Counted from the first letter of the stretch, positions 36,184-46,936 are shown. The stretch: 59,658 nt of DNA from an uncultured Rhodospirillaceae bacterium (GCA_964620095.1 CAZUGT010000084.1:1-59658); one strand, 5' to 3'. Numbers and translations: made by a program. Notes: generated from the sequence alone by a model not told the origin.

Positions 36184-37539
36184 CTACGCCGCCAGTTTGA
36201 GACCCTTCAGGATCTTCCGGCCCGAGCGGGCGAGGAGGGCCTTCTTCTCCTCGAGCCCGCGGTATTTGAGTTTGCCGTTCGCCTTCATCACCCGGCCGGC
36301 GATGAGGACCGTGTCGACGTTGGAGCCGTTGGCGTGGAAGACGACGCTCTCCACCGGGTCATGCACCGGGAACATGTTCAGATCGTTGCCGTTGATCAGG
36401 ATAATGTCGGCCTGCTTGCCGGGCTTGAGGGAGCCGACCCGCCTATCGATGCCGAGGGACCTGGCCGCGTCGATGGTCGCCCAGCGGAGCGCCTCGATGG
36501 GCTTGATGGAGAGCGCCTGCACCGGCGCCTTGGTGCGCTTGGCGGCCGCCCGGTTGTCGATGTTGCGCTGGCTCTGCAGGGTCATCCGCATGACGGTGAA
36601 CATGTCGCCGGAGATGTTGCTCTCCACGTCGACGCCCACCGAGAGCAGCCCACCATGGCCGCGCACGCGGCCCGTAAGCGGCGCGCCGTGGCCCATCTGC
36701 AGTTCGACCTCGGGCGTCACGGTGACCGACGCGCCGGTATCCAGGATCAGTTTGAGCTCGGCATCGGACAGGTAGACCCCGTGAACCAAATTGTGCCGCT
36801 TGTCCAGAAGTCCCGCCTTGGCGAGCTTTTTGTATCCGTCCTTGTTCATCCGGTTCGGCGCGCCCCAGACATGGGCGCTGACCAGCAGATCGAACTCCTT
36901 GGCGAGCCTGAAGTCGTGCTCCGTCACTTCCCAGGTGGAAAAGTCGGGGCCGAGCACCGCCATCCCCAAGGTGATCAGCCGGTCGTCCGAGGCGAAGGGG
37001 CCTTTCCGCAGGCGCTCGATCTCGGACCGGGGGTGCGGGATATGGGTATAGGGCGTCTGGTTCTTCCCGGCGTCCGGCTTCGGCGAGCCATGGCCGAACA
37101 CCGCCCGGATGCCCGATTCCCTCAAGCCCTCGATAGCCGCGTCGGTGTGCCCGGGGGTGGCGTTGTTGTGGCACCAGTCGAAGATGGTCGTCGCGCCGTT
37201 GGCGATCTGGTTGAGAGCCCCCACCAGGTTGCCGAGATAGGTGTCGTTGGCGGTGTAGCGGGGCGCGATGGTGGCGTGCATGTGATGGAGGTATTCGGGG
37301 ATCGACCAGTTGCCGGCGACCCCCCGGATGCCCGTCTGCCAGGTATGCAGGTGCGCGTTGACGAAGCCCGGCATGGCGATCATGCCGGCGGCGTCGATGA
37401 CCTTGGCGCCCGGCGAACGGACGGCCCCGCCGATCTTCTCGATTTTGTCGCCGCTGATCAGGATATCGCCCTTGGCGAGGTTCTTGATGCCGCGGTCCAT
37501 GGAAATGACGGCCGCACCCTTGATCAACGTCTTGGACAT
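36184..37539 (-). CDS. Amidohydrolase-superfamily protein (cytosine/guanine/MTA-deaminase or chlorohydrolase-like subgroup)
   Basis: 451 aa. ...MPGFVNAHLHTWQT (HxH metal motif), ...HGV..., GVDVES. Substrate is not inferable. Confidence 0.75.
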   Translation of the reverse strand: MSKTLIKGAAVISMDRGIKNLAKGDILISGDKIEKIGGAVRSPGAKVIDAAGMIAMPGFVNAHLHTWQTGIRGVAGNWSIPEYLHHMHATIAPRYTANDTYLGNLVGALNQIANGATTIFDWCHNNATPGHTDAAIEGLRESGIRAVFGHGSPKPDAGKNQTPYTHIPHPRSEIERLRKGPFASDDRLITLGMAVLGPDFSTWEVTEHDFRLAKEFDLLVSAHVWGAPNRMNKDGYKKLAKAGLLDKRHNLVHGVYLSDAELKLILDTGASVTVTPEVELQMGHGAPLTGRVRGHGGLLSVGVDVESNISGDMFTVMRMTLQSQRNIDNRAAAKRTKAPVQALSIKPIEALRWATIDAARSLGIDRRVGSLKPGKQADIILINGNDLNMFPVHDPVESVVFHANGSNVDTVLIAGRVMKANGKLKYRGLEEKKALLARSGRKILKGLKLAA

Positions 37540-37663
37540 AACCGGAGGCTCCCTGAAATTCGTCGGTTGTCATCGAGGATTGATGTGGGTAGCGGCGTTG
37601 GGCTACCCTTCCCGTCAACAAATCATGCGCCCGCAGGGAGGGCAAGTATGAAGGGAGAACGCC

Positions 37664-38146
37664 ATGCCGGACTCGGTCTTGAATCTGAATTTCCTGTCCC
37701 ACGGGACACTCGAATCCCGCGATCTGGATAAAATCCGCGAGTTCTACGAGAAGTTCCTGGGCCTCGACGTGATCCGGACCAGCAACATTTCGCTGCTCAT
37801 CAGGCTGGGCGGACCCAACACCATTGCCGTCGTCTACAACCCCAAGAAGCCGGACATGCCGTTCCTCAATCACAACGGCCTCGATGTCGAAACCCAGGAA
37901 GAGGTGGACGCGGCCTATGAGCTGACGGTCAAGCATCAGGAGGAGTGGGGCATTTCACAGCTCCGCAAGCCCCGGCTGCAGCACGGCACCTACTCGTTCT
38001 TCTTCAAGGACATGGACGACAATTGGTGGGAAATCCTCTCCAATCCCAAGGATGGCTACTCCTGGCTGTTCGAGAAGGGCGATCAGGAAGGCCGCGGCCA
38101 TCTGGACGAAAAATTCGACCGCCCGGGAATGAGCGCCGCCGAGTAG
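37664..38146 (+). CDS. VOC (glyoxalase/bleomycin-resistance/dioxygenase) family protein
   Basis: 160 aa. LSHGTLESRDLDKIREFYEKFLGLDV...HNGLDV...GTYSFFFKDMDDNWWEI. Confidence 0.65.
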   Translation: MPDSVLNLNFLSHGTLESRDLDKIREFYEKFLGLDVIRTSNISLLIRLGGPNTIAVVYNPKKPDMPFLNHNGLDVETQEEVDAAYELTVKHQEEWGISQLRKPRLQHGTYSFFFKDMDDNWWEILSNPKDGYSWLFEKGDQEGRGHLDEKFDRPGMSAAE

Positions 38147-38149
38147 CGC

Positions 38150-40120
38150 TCAGAGCCAGACCGTCGACAGCCACGGGAACATGATCAGGATGATGGTGAC
38201 GAACAGCATCATGATCACGTAGGGGAAGGCGCCGGCGAAGATCTGATTGAGCGTCACCGTCGCGTCTTCGATGGTACTTCGCACCACATAGACGGCGATA
38301 CCGAAGGGCGGCGTCAGCAATCCCATCTCGACCGCGATCACGGTGACGATCCCGAACCAGATCAGGTCGCCGCCGAAGGCGCTGACGATGGGCAGCACGA
38401 TGGGCAGCAGGATCAGCATCATCGAGATGGAATCCAGGAACATCCCGAAGATGATCACCAGGATCACGTAGAGGACGAGGAACCCGGCGAAACCCAGATT
38501 GGTCGCGCCGATGAACTCGCCGAGGGACTGGGGAAAACCGCTGAGCGCCAGCATTCGGCCATAGATGTTGGCCGCCAGGATCAGGAACAGAACGCTGACC
38601 GTGGTGTGGCCGGTCTCGATCAGTACGTTCCACAGCTTCTTCCATGTCAGCCGCCGCTTGAGGATCGCGATGATCAATGCGCCGGCGGCTCCGATCGCGC
38701 CCGCTTCCACCGGCGTGAACAACCCGCCATAGATGCCGCCCATGACGACGACGACCAGCAGCAGGATGGGCAGGATTTTCCAGAACGCGGTGGCGACGCT
38801 CTCGCCCTCTTCATCACCGTCGTCGTCCCTCGGCCGGCCGACGAAATCGGGGAAGAAGTGGGCCATGCCGACGATGGAAACCGCCATCACCAGGGCCAGG
38901 ATGATGCCGGGGATGATGGCGGCCAGGAACAAAAGCCCGACCGACTGCTCGGCGACGAAGGCATAGACGATCAGCAACAGGCTCGGCGGGATCAGCATCC
39001 CCAGCACCGACGACCCCGCCACCGTGCCGACGGCGAATTTCCGGGTGTAGCCGTTGCGTATCATGTGCGGCGTCGCGACCTTGGTGAACACGGCCGCAGA
39101 CGCGATGGAGGAGCCGGTAATGGCGGCGAATATGGCGTTGGCGAACACCGTCGCGACGCCCAGTCCGCCCTTGATCTTTCTGAGCAGCCAGCGCGCCACG
39201 TCGAAAGTGTCCTTGCCGATATCGGATTCGCTGATCACCAGACCCATCAGGACGAACAGGGGAACGACCCCGAGGAAGAAGTTGCGCAGGAATTCGTTGG
39301 ACGCCAGCTTGACCGCATTGACGGCGATGTTGGGGTTGTCCAGCATGATCCAGATGCCGAAGAAGCCGAGCAGGATGAGGGCAACGCCGATATGGATGCC
39401 CATGAAGATCAGGATCAGCATGCCGACGATGGAAACGGCGCCGACGGTGACCTTGCCGAAGTCGGCTTGGAACATCCCCGCAATGGCGGCGATGACCGCG
39501 ACGACGATCAGCAGATTCAGCCAGCCGACCTTCTCGTCCGGGCTCTCGGCGCGGTGCCTGCGATAGGCGGCGGCGGCATCCGATAAATGTTCGAGTGTCA
39601 GCACCAGATACTTGACGGCGACCATGACGGCGCCGGTCAGGATGATCAGCCGGAGCGGCCAGACCAAAATCGTGAACTCGCCTTCAACGCCGAATTTCAA
39701 GTCCGGCCAGGATTCCTCGAGCTTGTCCCGCGTGCCGAAGGCGATCAGGCCGAAGACGAACATCCCGGCGGCACTGAAGATGGCGTGAAACAGGGCGCCG
39801 ACCACCGGCCGCTTTTCGACCAGCGGGTCGATGTACATCTCGGCGCGTGCGAACCGTCCCACGTGAAGCGAGTGGGCGAGTTGGAGAAATACGGCGCCGG
39901 CCAGCGAATAGGCGACAATCTCGGCAACGCCCCGGATAGGCGCATTAAAGAACCCGCGCGCGATGACGTCGGTACAGATGAGGAATGTCAGGCCGAATAC
40001 CCAGACACTGCCGATACCGTTGGCAACGGATATGAATTGAGAAAACAGAGCGGAAAGACGCTGAAACACATTCAGCGTCTTTCCCTCGGTCGATGATCCA
40101 CCTGAGCCGGTGGATTCCAA
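38150..40120 (-). CDS. TRAP transporter permease, fused small (DctQ-like) and large (DctM-like) subunits
   Basis: 656 aa and highly hydrophobic. An N-terminal ~190 aa DctQ-like part is followed by a DctM-like part (GVATVFANAIFAAITGSSIASAAVF...). The start abuts the stop of the SBP gene. Confidence 0.85.
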   Translation of the reverse strand: MESTGSGGSSTEGKTLNVFQRLSALFSQFISVANGIGSVWVFGLTFLICTDVIARGFFNAPIRGVAEIVAYSLAGAVFLQLAHSLHVGRFARAEMYIDPLVEKRPVVGALFHAIFSAAGMFVFGLIAFGTRDKLEESWPDLKFGVEGEFTILVWPLRLIILTGAVMVAVKYLVLTLEHLSDAAAAYRRHRAESPDEKVGWLNLLIVVAVIAAIAGMFQADFGKVTVGAVSIVGMLILIFMGIHIGVALILLGFFGIWIMLDNPNIAVNAVKLASNEFLRNFFLGVVPLFVLMGLVISESDIGKDTFDVARWLLRKIKGGLGVATVFANAIFAAITGSSIASAAVFTKVATPHMIRNGYTRKFAVGTVAGSSVLGMLIPPSLLLIVYAFVAEQSVGLLFLAAIIPGIILALVMAVSIVGMAHFFPDFVGRPRDDDGDEEGESVATAFWKILPILLLVVVVMGGIYGGLFTPVEAGAIGAAGALIIAILKRRLTWKKLWNVLIETGHTTVSVLFLILAANIYGRMLALSGFPQSLGEFIGATNLGFAGFLVLYVILVIIFGMFLDSISMMLILLPIVLPIVSAFGGDLIWFGIVTVIAVEMGLLTPPFGIAVYVVRSTIEDATVTLNQIFAGAFPYVIMMLFVTIILIMFPWLSTVWL

Positions 40121-41194
40121 TTACTTGTCCCAGTCGCGAAGCGGTTTTTCGCCGCGGGCCCGCATGCCGTCCATATAGACTTTCAGCACTTTGCCGGCCG
40201 GCAGGCCGCGGGCTTCCGTCTTTTTGACCCACTCGGCGGCAATGTTCGGGACGCTTTGCGCCCACTGGCGCTGCTGATCCATGGAAAGAACGGAAACGCT
40301 CACTTTCGGGTTCTTTTTCATGGCGCCAACGGTCTTGTTGTAAAACCCGATAACCCGCTTGGCGACCCAATCGCCGTACTCGTTACCCAATTCCAGGAAC
40401 ATTTTCTGCAATTCGGGGGGAAGCTTCTTCCACGTATTGAGGTTCATGGTCAAAGCGCCCGGGAGGGCGCCGCCCATCTGGAGCTGGGTCAGATCCGGCG
40501 CCACTTCGTGCAACTTGAACGGCAAAATACCCGTGGTCGGCGATATGACGCCGTTGGCGACGCCCGTCTTGATGCCGTTGTAGTACACGGGCAGACCGGC
40601 ATCGATACCGATCGCACCGGTGCCCTCGACCCAACGGGCGACCGCGCCGGGCGCGAAGAGCTTCAACCCCTTGAGGTCCGCAACCGATTTGATCGGTTTT
40701 TTGGTCATGAGGATGTAGGCATCGGTGGCGAACACACCCAGGAGCTTTTGATTGTACTTGGTCCACTGCTGGTTCATTGCCGGAATTTTTTCGTGCAGTT
40801 CCCGGCCGATTTCCAGCAGCGCCTGGACGTTCGAGGTGCCGAACGGGGCGAAGTAGGTGACATTGTGGAGCGGCATCTTGTTCGGCTCCCACAGGGTGCC
40901 GACCCAGCCGACGTCGGCCAGCCCGTCCTGGACGCCCTCCAGCGTGTTCTTGAAGTTGTACAAGACGCCCGAATAGGCCTCGGTCCACTCCAGCGTGTGT
41001 CCAAGCGCCTTGGCGCGTTTGGTCGATTCCGGAACGATCAAGTCGCGGAGCGCGACGGCCCACGGGACGATCGGGGGGTGGCTCGATCCCGCTGTAAGTT
41101 TGAATGTGGCGGCTTGTGGCTGACCCGTGACCGCAAGCGCCGTGAACGCGGCGGCGGCAACACCAAGGGCCAATCCCTTGAAGGATTTGGGCAT
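40121..41194 (-). CDS. TRAP transporter substrate-binding protein (DctP-type), signal peptide
   Basis: 357 aa. MPKSFKGLALGVAAAAFTALAVTGQPQAATFKL... Lies immediately upstream of the fused permease. Confidence 0.8.
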   Translation of the reverse strand: MPKSFKGLALGVAAAAFTALAVTGQPQAATFKLTAGSSHPPIVPWAVALRDLIVPESTKRAKALGHTLEWTEAYSGVLYNFKNTLEGVQDGLADVGWVGTLWEPNKMPLHNVTYFAPFGTSNVQALLEIGRELHEKIPAMNQQWTKYNQKLLGVFATDAYILMTKKPIKSVADLKGLKLFAPGAVARWVEGTGAIGIDAGLPVYYNGIKTGVANGVISPTTGILPFKLHEVAPDLTQLQMGGALPGALTMNLNTWKKLPPELQKMFLELGNEYGDWVAKRVIGFYNKTVGAMKKNPKVSVSVLSMDQQRQWAQSVPNIAAEWVKKTEARGLPAGKVLKVYMDGMRARGEKPLRDWDK

Positions 41195-41443
41195 TTAGTC
41201 TCTCCCTGTTCGTCCAGCAGGTTGGTCGTCGACCGTGCCACCGGCTGGACACTGCGGAAAACCGGCACGGCAATCGATTGCAGGGCGGATTGTCTGTCAG
41301 ATCGTTTCGATTTTCAATACCATTCGTGCCGGGACAATATTCCCCCGGCCGGTTTGGATGAGGAGGGGTCGAGGGGATCGCCCGGACCGATGGATTCGCC
41401 CCGGCCGGGCCGAAAAAGCGTCGAATGCGCCGAGAGGGCGGCG

Positions 41444-42448
41444 TCAGCCGGTCTCTTCCCGGTAGAGATTGAGCTTTTCCAGCACCTGACGGTCCGAGAT
41501 GACGATCATCGACGCCTGGCCGGTCGAAGCGGTGTGCGACGCCCATGACCAATGGGGAATGGTGAAGACATCCCGTTCGCTCCACTGGTGTGTCGCCTTG
41601 CCGATCTTGCTCGTTCCCGATCCCTTGATGACCACGCACACGGCGTTGGCCGTCGAGCGGGCTCTCGCCGTCGGCTTCCCCTTGCCGAGCGACAGCACCC
41701 GGGAGTCATGGGTCGGCAGGATGTCCTTGCCGTCGACCGGGCTGGTGTAACGAACGGTCCGCGAGCCGTCCTCCTGCTCGGGGGCTTCTTCGAGGACGGC
41801 GGCGACGTCCTCCCAGCCATAGCGCAGCCGCGGAGAGTGACGGACATCCGCGAGGCGGGTGACCGGCGCCAATCCCGCTTTTTCATAAACGTTGTCGGAC
41901 AAGGTCGAACTGTTGGCCGGATAGCGGTCCCCGGGGCCCATCTTCATGTCGCCGAATACGGCGTCCAGCTGGCCGACCAGCGGCAGATCGAGCACGTCCA
42001 GCCAGATCGCTCTTTGGCCGCTGTCGTTGTCATGACAATGCCAAGTCCAGTTGGGCGTGATGATCAGATCGCCGTCGTACATGTCGCAGCGTTTTCCGTC
42101 GACGAACGTCCCGCCGCCCCGGCCTTCCAATATGACGCGGGTCGCCGCCGGGGTATGCCGGTGGGGCGGAGTTTTCTCGCCCGGGTTTACGCACTGGTAG
42201 GCGGCGACGATATTGCTCGTGGTCGCCATGCGGCCGTCGAGATGCGGGTTCTTGAGAATCAAAACCCGGTGATCGGCCTTCTTGCCCCGTACAAGCTCGG
42301 CCGAGCGCTCGATCAGCGGCAGCATGTCGTCCCATTTCCAGATCACCGACGGCTCCGTCCGATTGGGCTCGTCCATGACCAGGTCCTCGTAGATATCCCA
42401 CAACGGGGCCAGGTCGTTGGCCTGCATCTCCTCGAGAAATTCCTTCAT
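41444..42448 (-). CDS. Bicupin dioxygenase of the gentisate/salicylate 1,2-dioxygenase family
   Basis: 334 aa. LAPLWDIYEDLV...PGEKTPPHRHTPAATRVILEGRGGGTFVDGKR...GDLIITPNWTWHCHDN...IWLDVLDLPLV parallels GDO-family motifs. Confidence 0.75.
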   Translation of the reverse strand: MKEFLEEMQANDLAPLWDIYEDLVMDEPNRTEPSVIWKWDDMLPLIERSAELVRGKKADHRVLILKNPHLDGRMATTSNIVAAYQCVNPGEKTPPHRHTPAATRVILEGRGGGTFVDGKRCDMYDGDLIITPNWTWHCHDNDSGQRAIWLDVLDLPLVGQLDAVFGDMKMGPGDRYPANSSTLSDNVYEKAGLAPVTRLADVRHSPRLRYGWEDVAAVLEEAPEQEDGSRTVRYTSPVDGKDILPTHDSRVLSLGKGKPTARARSTANAVCVVIKGSGTSKIGKATHQWSERDVFTIPHWSWASHTASTGQASMIVISDRQVLEKLNLYREETG

Positions 42449-42477
42449 GACAACCTCTATCGCTGCCCTCTCTATCG

Positions 42478-43542
42478 CTAACCTGGCCCCGCCGAAAAGT
42501 GAGGGATGACTTTCTCACCGAACAACCGGATGGAGGCCTCCGCCGTCTCCACGTCCATGCCGAAATAATTGACCTGCATGGACAATTCATCACACCCGCC
42601 GCAGGCCGCATCGAAGGCCCCGAGCTGTTCGATGATTTCCGATGGCGTGCCGACGAAGGCCGCGCCGCACTCGATCTGACTTTCCATGGTCTGCGCCAGA
42701 ATTTTCTCCCGCATCTTGTCATAATTCTTGTACGCATCCGAGGGCGATCCGTCGCCGTACTCGGCCATCGCATCGGCAATGGCCGCGAAATGGCCCTCGA
42801 TCAGCGGCTTGGCGGTGCGCCGCGCCACGTCGCCGTCCTCATGACAGAACATGAACACCGCCATCATCATCCTGGGCGACCCCTCGTGGCCCGCCGCAGC
42901 CCATGCGCCGCGGTAGGTTTCGAGAAGCGCGATGGGATCGGAGCCGACGCCCGGAATTGCCATGATCCAGTGCCCCATGGCGCCGGCGCGCTCGAACGAC
43001 GCCGGCGTGCCCACCGCGGCGACGTAGAAGTTGGGCCGCGGTTTCTGCGTGGGGCGGGGAAAGGTGGTCACGTTCTCGAAGCTGTGAAACCTGCCGGAAC
43101 TGCTGACGTTCTCTTCCTCGAGCAGCAGCTGAACCTGCGCGATGCCCTCTTCGAAACGCTCGACGCTCTCGTCGATGTCGACCTCGAAATGCCTGAACTC
43201 CTGCGGCAGGAACGCGCGCGCAAAGCCAATGTCCAGGCGGCCGCCGCAAAAAGCATCGAGCATGCCCAGATCGCTGGCCAGTTTCAGCGGACTGTTGAAC
43301 GCCGGCAGAACGGCGCCGGTCACCATGCGGGCGGTCCTGGTGTGCTGGGAGGCGGCGGTCAGGAAAACGATCGGGTTCGAGCTGTAGCCTCCCCAATGGT
43401 GGAAGTAGTGCTCGACCGTGCGGACGTGCGAGAACCCGTACTCGTCGCACAGGCCGATCAGATGCATGGCCTCCCGATAGTATTGATCGGGCGGCTTCAC
43501 GTCCTCGCGGATATCGGGGAAAAACTGAAAACCGAATTGCAT
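42478..43542 (-). CDS. Luciferase-like (LLM class) flavin-dependent oxidoreductase/monooxygenase
   Basis: Start MQFGFQFFPD within ORF 42478..43623, 2 nt after the upstream gene's stop. TIM-barrel LLM pattern (VRTVEHYFHHWGGYSSNP...). Confidence 0.75.
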   Translation of the reverse strand: MQFGFQFFPDIREDVKPPDQYYREAMHLIGLCDEYGFSHVRTVEHYFHHWGGYSSNPIVFLTAASQHTRTARMVTGAVLPAFNSPLKLASDLGMLDAFCGGRLDIGFARAFLPQEFRHFEVDIDESVERFEEGIAQVQLLLEEENVSSSGRFHSFENVTTFPRPTQKPRPNFYVAAVGTPASFERAGAMGHWIMAIPGVGSDPIALLETYRGAWAAAGHEGSPRMMMAVFMFCHEDGDVARRTAKPLIEGHFAAIADAMAEYGDGSPSDAYKNYDKMREKILAQTMESQIECGAAFVGTPSEIIEQLGAFDAACGGCDELSMQVNYFGMDVETAEASIRLFGEKVIPHFSAGPG

Positions 43543-43544
43543 TT

Positions 43545-44423
43545 TCAGCGGGTATTCTTCCAGTGCCGGTAGGCGGCGGTGAAATCCTGGCCCGCGCCCT
43601 CCGCCGCCAGGGCGTCTCGCCATAAATTCTGAATGAGGGTCGCGACGGGCGCGTCGACCCCGATCTGTTTGGCGAGGTCCCCGGCGATGCCCACATCCTT
43701 GGCCATCAGGGACAGACCGAACCCGAATGCGAACGTTCCGGGTAGCACGTGATCCTTGATCGAATTTTCGGTGTTGAAGTTCCGGCCGGTGGAGACGTTG
43801 ATGATGTCGATCATGGTGGCCGGATCGAGGCCGAACTTCTCGCCCACCAGCATGGCTTCGGCGGCGGCGGTGAATCCGGCGGCGAAGACATAGTTGTTGA
43901 GCGCCTTCATGGCGTGGCCGCTGCCCAGCGGGCCGGTGCGGAACAAATTTCCGCCCAAGACCTCGAGGACCGGCGTCGCTCTTCCGATGGCATCCTCGTC
44001 CTCGCCGCCGATCATGATGGTGAGCGTGGCGGCCTCGGCGCCGAGTACGCCGCCCGAAACCGGGGCGTCGATCAGAACGATGTCATGGGCCGCCAGTTCG
44101 GCGCCCAGCTCCCGGGTGCCGACGGGCGCGGACGAGCTCATGTCCACCACGATGGCGCCCGGCCCGAGACGGCCGGCCAGTCCGCCGTCCATTTCCATCA
44201 GCACCGCGCGAACGTCCGCCCCGGTGGGCAGCATGGTGACGATAATCTCGCGGTCCCCGCCAATCTCGCCGATATGGGCGGCGGCGGTGCCGCCGTGCTC
44301 CTGGACAAACGAAGCCGTCCGCGCCGCATCCAGGTCGAACACGGTGACCGCGTGACCCGCCTTGGCCAGGTGGGCGGCCATGGGCCAGCCCATACTGCCG
44401 ATGCCGATAAACCCGATATTCAA
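43545..44423 (-). CDS. NAD(P)-dependent beta-hydroxyacid dehydrogenase (3-hydroxyisobutyrate dehydrogenase family)
   Basis: 292 aa. MNIGFIGIGSMGWPMAAHL...DAPVSGG...GSGHAMKALNN. Confidence 0.85.
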   Translation of the reverse strand: MNIGFIGIGSMGWPMAAHLAKAGHAVTVFDLDAARTASFVQEHGGTAAAHIGEIGGDREIIVTMLPTGADVRAVLMEMDGGLAGRLGPGAIVVDMSSSAPVGTRELGAELAAHDIVLIDAPVSGGVLGAEAATLTIMIGGEDEDAIGRATPVLEVLGGNLFRTGPLGSGHAMKALNNYVFAAGFTAAAEAMLVGEKFGLDPATMIDIINVSTGRNFNTENSIKDHVLPGTFAFGFGLSLMAKDVGIAGDLAKQIGVDAPVATLIQNLWRDALAAEGAGQDFTAAYRHWKNTR

Positions 44424-44446
44424 GGGACCAAACTCCGCGTGGTGAT

Positions 44447-45580
44447 TTAGACCCCGCCCCAGATCTCGTTGGCGGTGGCGACCACCAGCTCCAGCTTCCG
44501 GCGCTGGTCGTCCATGGTGATCTTATTGCCTTCCTCGGTGGATGAGAAGCCGCACTGGGGCGCGATGCCCAGCTGATCCATGTCGGCGTACCTCGCCGCC
44601 TCGTCGAACTTCCGTTTGAGGTCGTCCAGGGGCTCAAGCTCCGGCGTCTTGGTGGTGATGAATCCGGGCAGCACCCGTTTGTCGCCCTTGGGCAGCAGGC
44701 GGAGCGGCTCCAGCCCGCCGGCGCGGTCGGAGTCGTACTCCATGAAGAAGACATCGGCGTCCGTCTTGTTGAAGATGGCGTCCGCCGCCGGATCGTAGGC
44801 GCCCTCGGCGATCCAGGTGGACAGGAAATTGCCGCGGCAGAGATGCATGCCGATGGTCATGTCGTCGGGCCGGTCCTTGATCGACTCGTGCATCATCCAG
44901 GCGTACTTCTCGATCAGTTCGTCCGGATCATCGCCGCCGGCCTCTTTTTCCGCCCGGATCTTCGGATCGCACAGATAGGCGAAGAAGATGTCGTCCAACT
45001 GCAGATAGCGGCACCCGGCCCGGTAGAAGGCGTCCACCGCCTGGGCGTAGGTCTTGGCGATGTCGGCGAACAGGACGTCCGGGTCGGCGTATTCGGGCGG
45101 TCGGATATCCGATTTGAGCAAACGGAAGTGACAGGCGCTGGGGCCGGGGATGGAGACCTTCGGTACCTTCGCCGCCACCGAGGCCAGGTAGGTGAAGTGC
45201 GCGATCATGGGATGATCGGCGGGGAACGACAGGGGGCCCGAGATCACGGGGACGACCGCCAGGGCAAAGGTGCCGACGGCCCCGTCCGTGGACCGTTCCA
45301 CCAGATCGAGCCCATCGAGCCCGGCCATGAAATCATAATGCCAATAGGCGCGCCGGAACTCGCCGTCGGTGACCACCGGCAGGCCGAGTTCCTCCTGGAG
45401 CCTGACCGCCTCGATGATTTCCGCGTCCTCGGCCTCCTTGAGGTCGGCGGGTGTTTCGCCCTGGCCGAAGCGGGCCAGCGTTCCCTGTTCGAAGAGCTGC
45501 TCCCGCGCCCGCTTGACCCGTTCCGGCCGAAGCAGGCTGCCCACGTGATCGGCCCGCGGCCGGATTTTCCCGTTCGTCAT
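44447..45580 (-). CDS. MetE-like protein, catalytic domain only, paralog 2
   Basis: The last 377 aa of the shadow-extended ORF 44447..47035, starting MTNGKIRPRADHVGSLLRP. Contains VTDGEFRR, MHLCRGN and APQCGFSS. AGGGGG RBS upstream. Confidence 0.8.
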   Translation of the reverse strand: MTNGKIRPRADHVGSLLRPERVKRAREQLFEQGTLARFGQGETPADLKEAEDAEIIEAVRLQEELGLPVVTDGEFRRAYWHYDFMAGLDGLDLVERSTDGAVGTFALAVVPVISGPLSFPADHPMIAHFTYLASVAAKVPKVSIPGPSACHFRLLKSDIRPPEYADPDVLFADIAKTYAQAVDAFYRAGCRYLQLDDIFFAYLCDPKIRAEKEAGGDDPDELIEKYAWMMHESIKDRPDDMTIGMHLCRGNFLSTWIAEGAYDPAADAIFNKTDADVFFMEYDSDRAGGLEPLRLLPKGDKRVLPGFITTKTPELEPLDDLKRKFDEAARYADMDQLGIAPQCGFSSTEEGNKITMDDQRRKLELVVATANEIWGGV

Positions 45581-45754
45581 TTGGAATGCCCCCTGGTGGT
45601 TGGCGAATTTCAGTATAGGAACCCGCCTGTTGCCGCCAAGCAGGTTTTGACGTCCGGGATTGGGACGATGCCCACGGCCCGTGCGGTCTCGGTTTTCGCC
45701 CGGGGCCGGTGTGCTAGCATCGCAGCAGCAATCACCTTCGAACGGGACTTCACC

Positions 45755-46936
45755 ATGCTCACCGCCACCAAGGACATCGTCATGCCCACCACCATCATCG
45801 GCTCCCTGCCGCGGCCGAGCTGGTATACCGAAAACCTGGCGGGACGAACGTTCCTTCACGCCATGCTCGACAGCCGGTTCCGCGAGCAGTACACGGATGC
45901 GGTTTCGGTCTATTTGCGGGAACAGGAGACGGCGGGGCTCGATATCTGCACCGACGGCGACGCCCACTACGACGAGGAGGTCGGCGGGCAGAGCTGGACC
46001 AGCTATCCGCTCTACCACATGGACGGGTTCGACCGGAAAAATCCGGCACCGGCCATCATGAGGACCGGCGGCGTCGGCTTCCCCATGGGCCACATCCTCC
46101 ACGACTATCTCGAGGCCCGGATCATGCCCAAGCTGGTGGGGCCGGTCGGCCGCGGCGACCTGCAATACACCGCCATGTGGAAGACGGCCCAGCGCCTGAC
46201 CGACAAACCGGTGAAGTTCGGCACCATCACGCCGGAGCTGCTGGCGGCGGCGGTCGACGACGAATACTACCCGGATCCGGTGGAACGCATTCACGCGCTG
46301 AGCGCGGCGATGAACGAAGAGCTGACCGAACTGGCGGACGCCGGCTGCCCGGTGATCCAGATGGAGGAGCCGCAAATCCACATGATCCCGTCCCGGGGCA
46401 AGGTGTTCGGCAAGCTCGACATGGCCGAGATGGTCGAGGTGTTCAACAGCACGGTGAAGGGCCTCCGCGACAAGACCGAGGTGTGGTGCCATACCTGTTG
46501 GGGCAACCCGTCGCAGCAGCGGATGTTCAAGGAAATCCAAAGCTACGCGCCGGCCCTCGAACACCTGAATCAGGTGGATGCGGATGTAATCACGTTTGAA
46601 TCGTGTTCGTCCGGCCGCATGGACCTGGAGGCCATCGGCCAGCACATCACCGAGAAGAAGGTCGCCATCGGCGTGATCGACCACCATTCCCTGCAAGTGG
46701 AGAAGCCCGAGGACGTGGCCGATCATATTCGCGAGGCGCTCCGGCATATTCCCGCCGAACGCCTCGTGATCGCGTCGGACTGCGGCATGGGCCGGGAAGG
46801 AATGGCGCGGCGGCACGCCCGCTACAAGATGGTCTCCCTGGTCCTCGGCACCAACATGGTCAAGAAGGAGCTGGGCCTGCCGGAGGCCGACTGCCTCGCC
46901 GCCGACGGCCGTTACTCCCTGGTTAAGACGGAGTAG
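45755..46936 (+). CDS. Divergent MetE/UROD-fold methyltransferase-like protein, paralog 3
   Basis: The last 393 aa of ORF 44843..46936, starting MLTATKDIVMPTTIIGSLPRPSWY. Contains ICTDGD, CHTCWGN (His-x-Cys) and ASDCGMG (Cys). Confidence 0.7.
   Translation: MLTATKDIVMPTTIIGSLPRPSWYTENLAGRTFLHAMLDSRFREQYTDAVSVYLREQETAGLDICTDGDAHYDEEVGGQSWTSYPLYHMDGFDRKNPAPAIMRTGGVGFPMGHILHDYLEARIMPKLVGPVGRGDLQYTAMWKTAQRLTDKPVKFGTITPELLAAAVDDEYYPDPVERIHALSAAMNEELTELADAGCPVIQMEEPQIHMIPSRGKVFGKLDMAEMVEVFNSTVKGLRDKTEVWCHTCWGNPSQQRMFKEIQSYAPALEHLNQVDADVITFESCSSGRMDLEAIGQHITEKKVAIGVIDHHSLQVEKPEDVADHIREALRHIPAERLVIASDCGMGREGMARRHARYKMVSLVLGTNMVKKELGLPEADCLAADGRYSLVKTE

Noticed and set aside
45581-45754. SAM-II, cobalamin or other riboswitch controlling the divergent MetE-like genes (also checked upstream of 34141 and 47938)
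   Set aside because: I could not find a B12-box-like GCCACTG core or the SAM-II AAAGCU pseudoknot motif on either strand. The upstream regions of paralogs 1 and 4 are too short (under 50 nt). This is not excluded without a covariance-model search.
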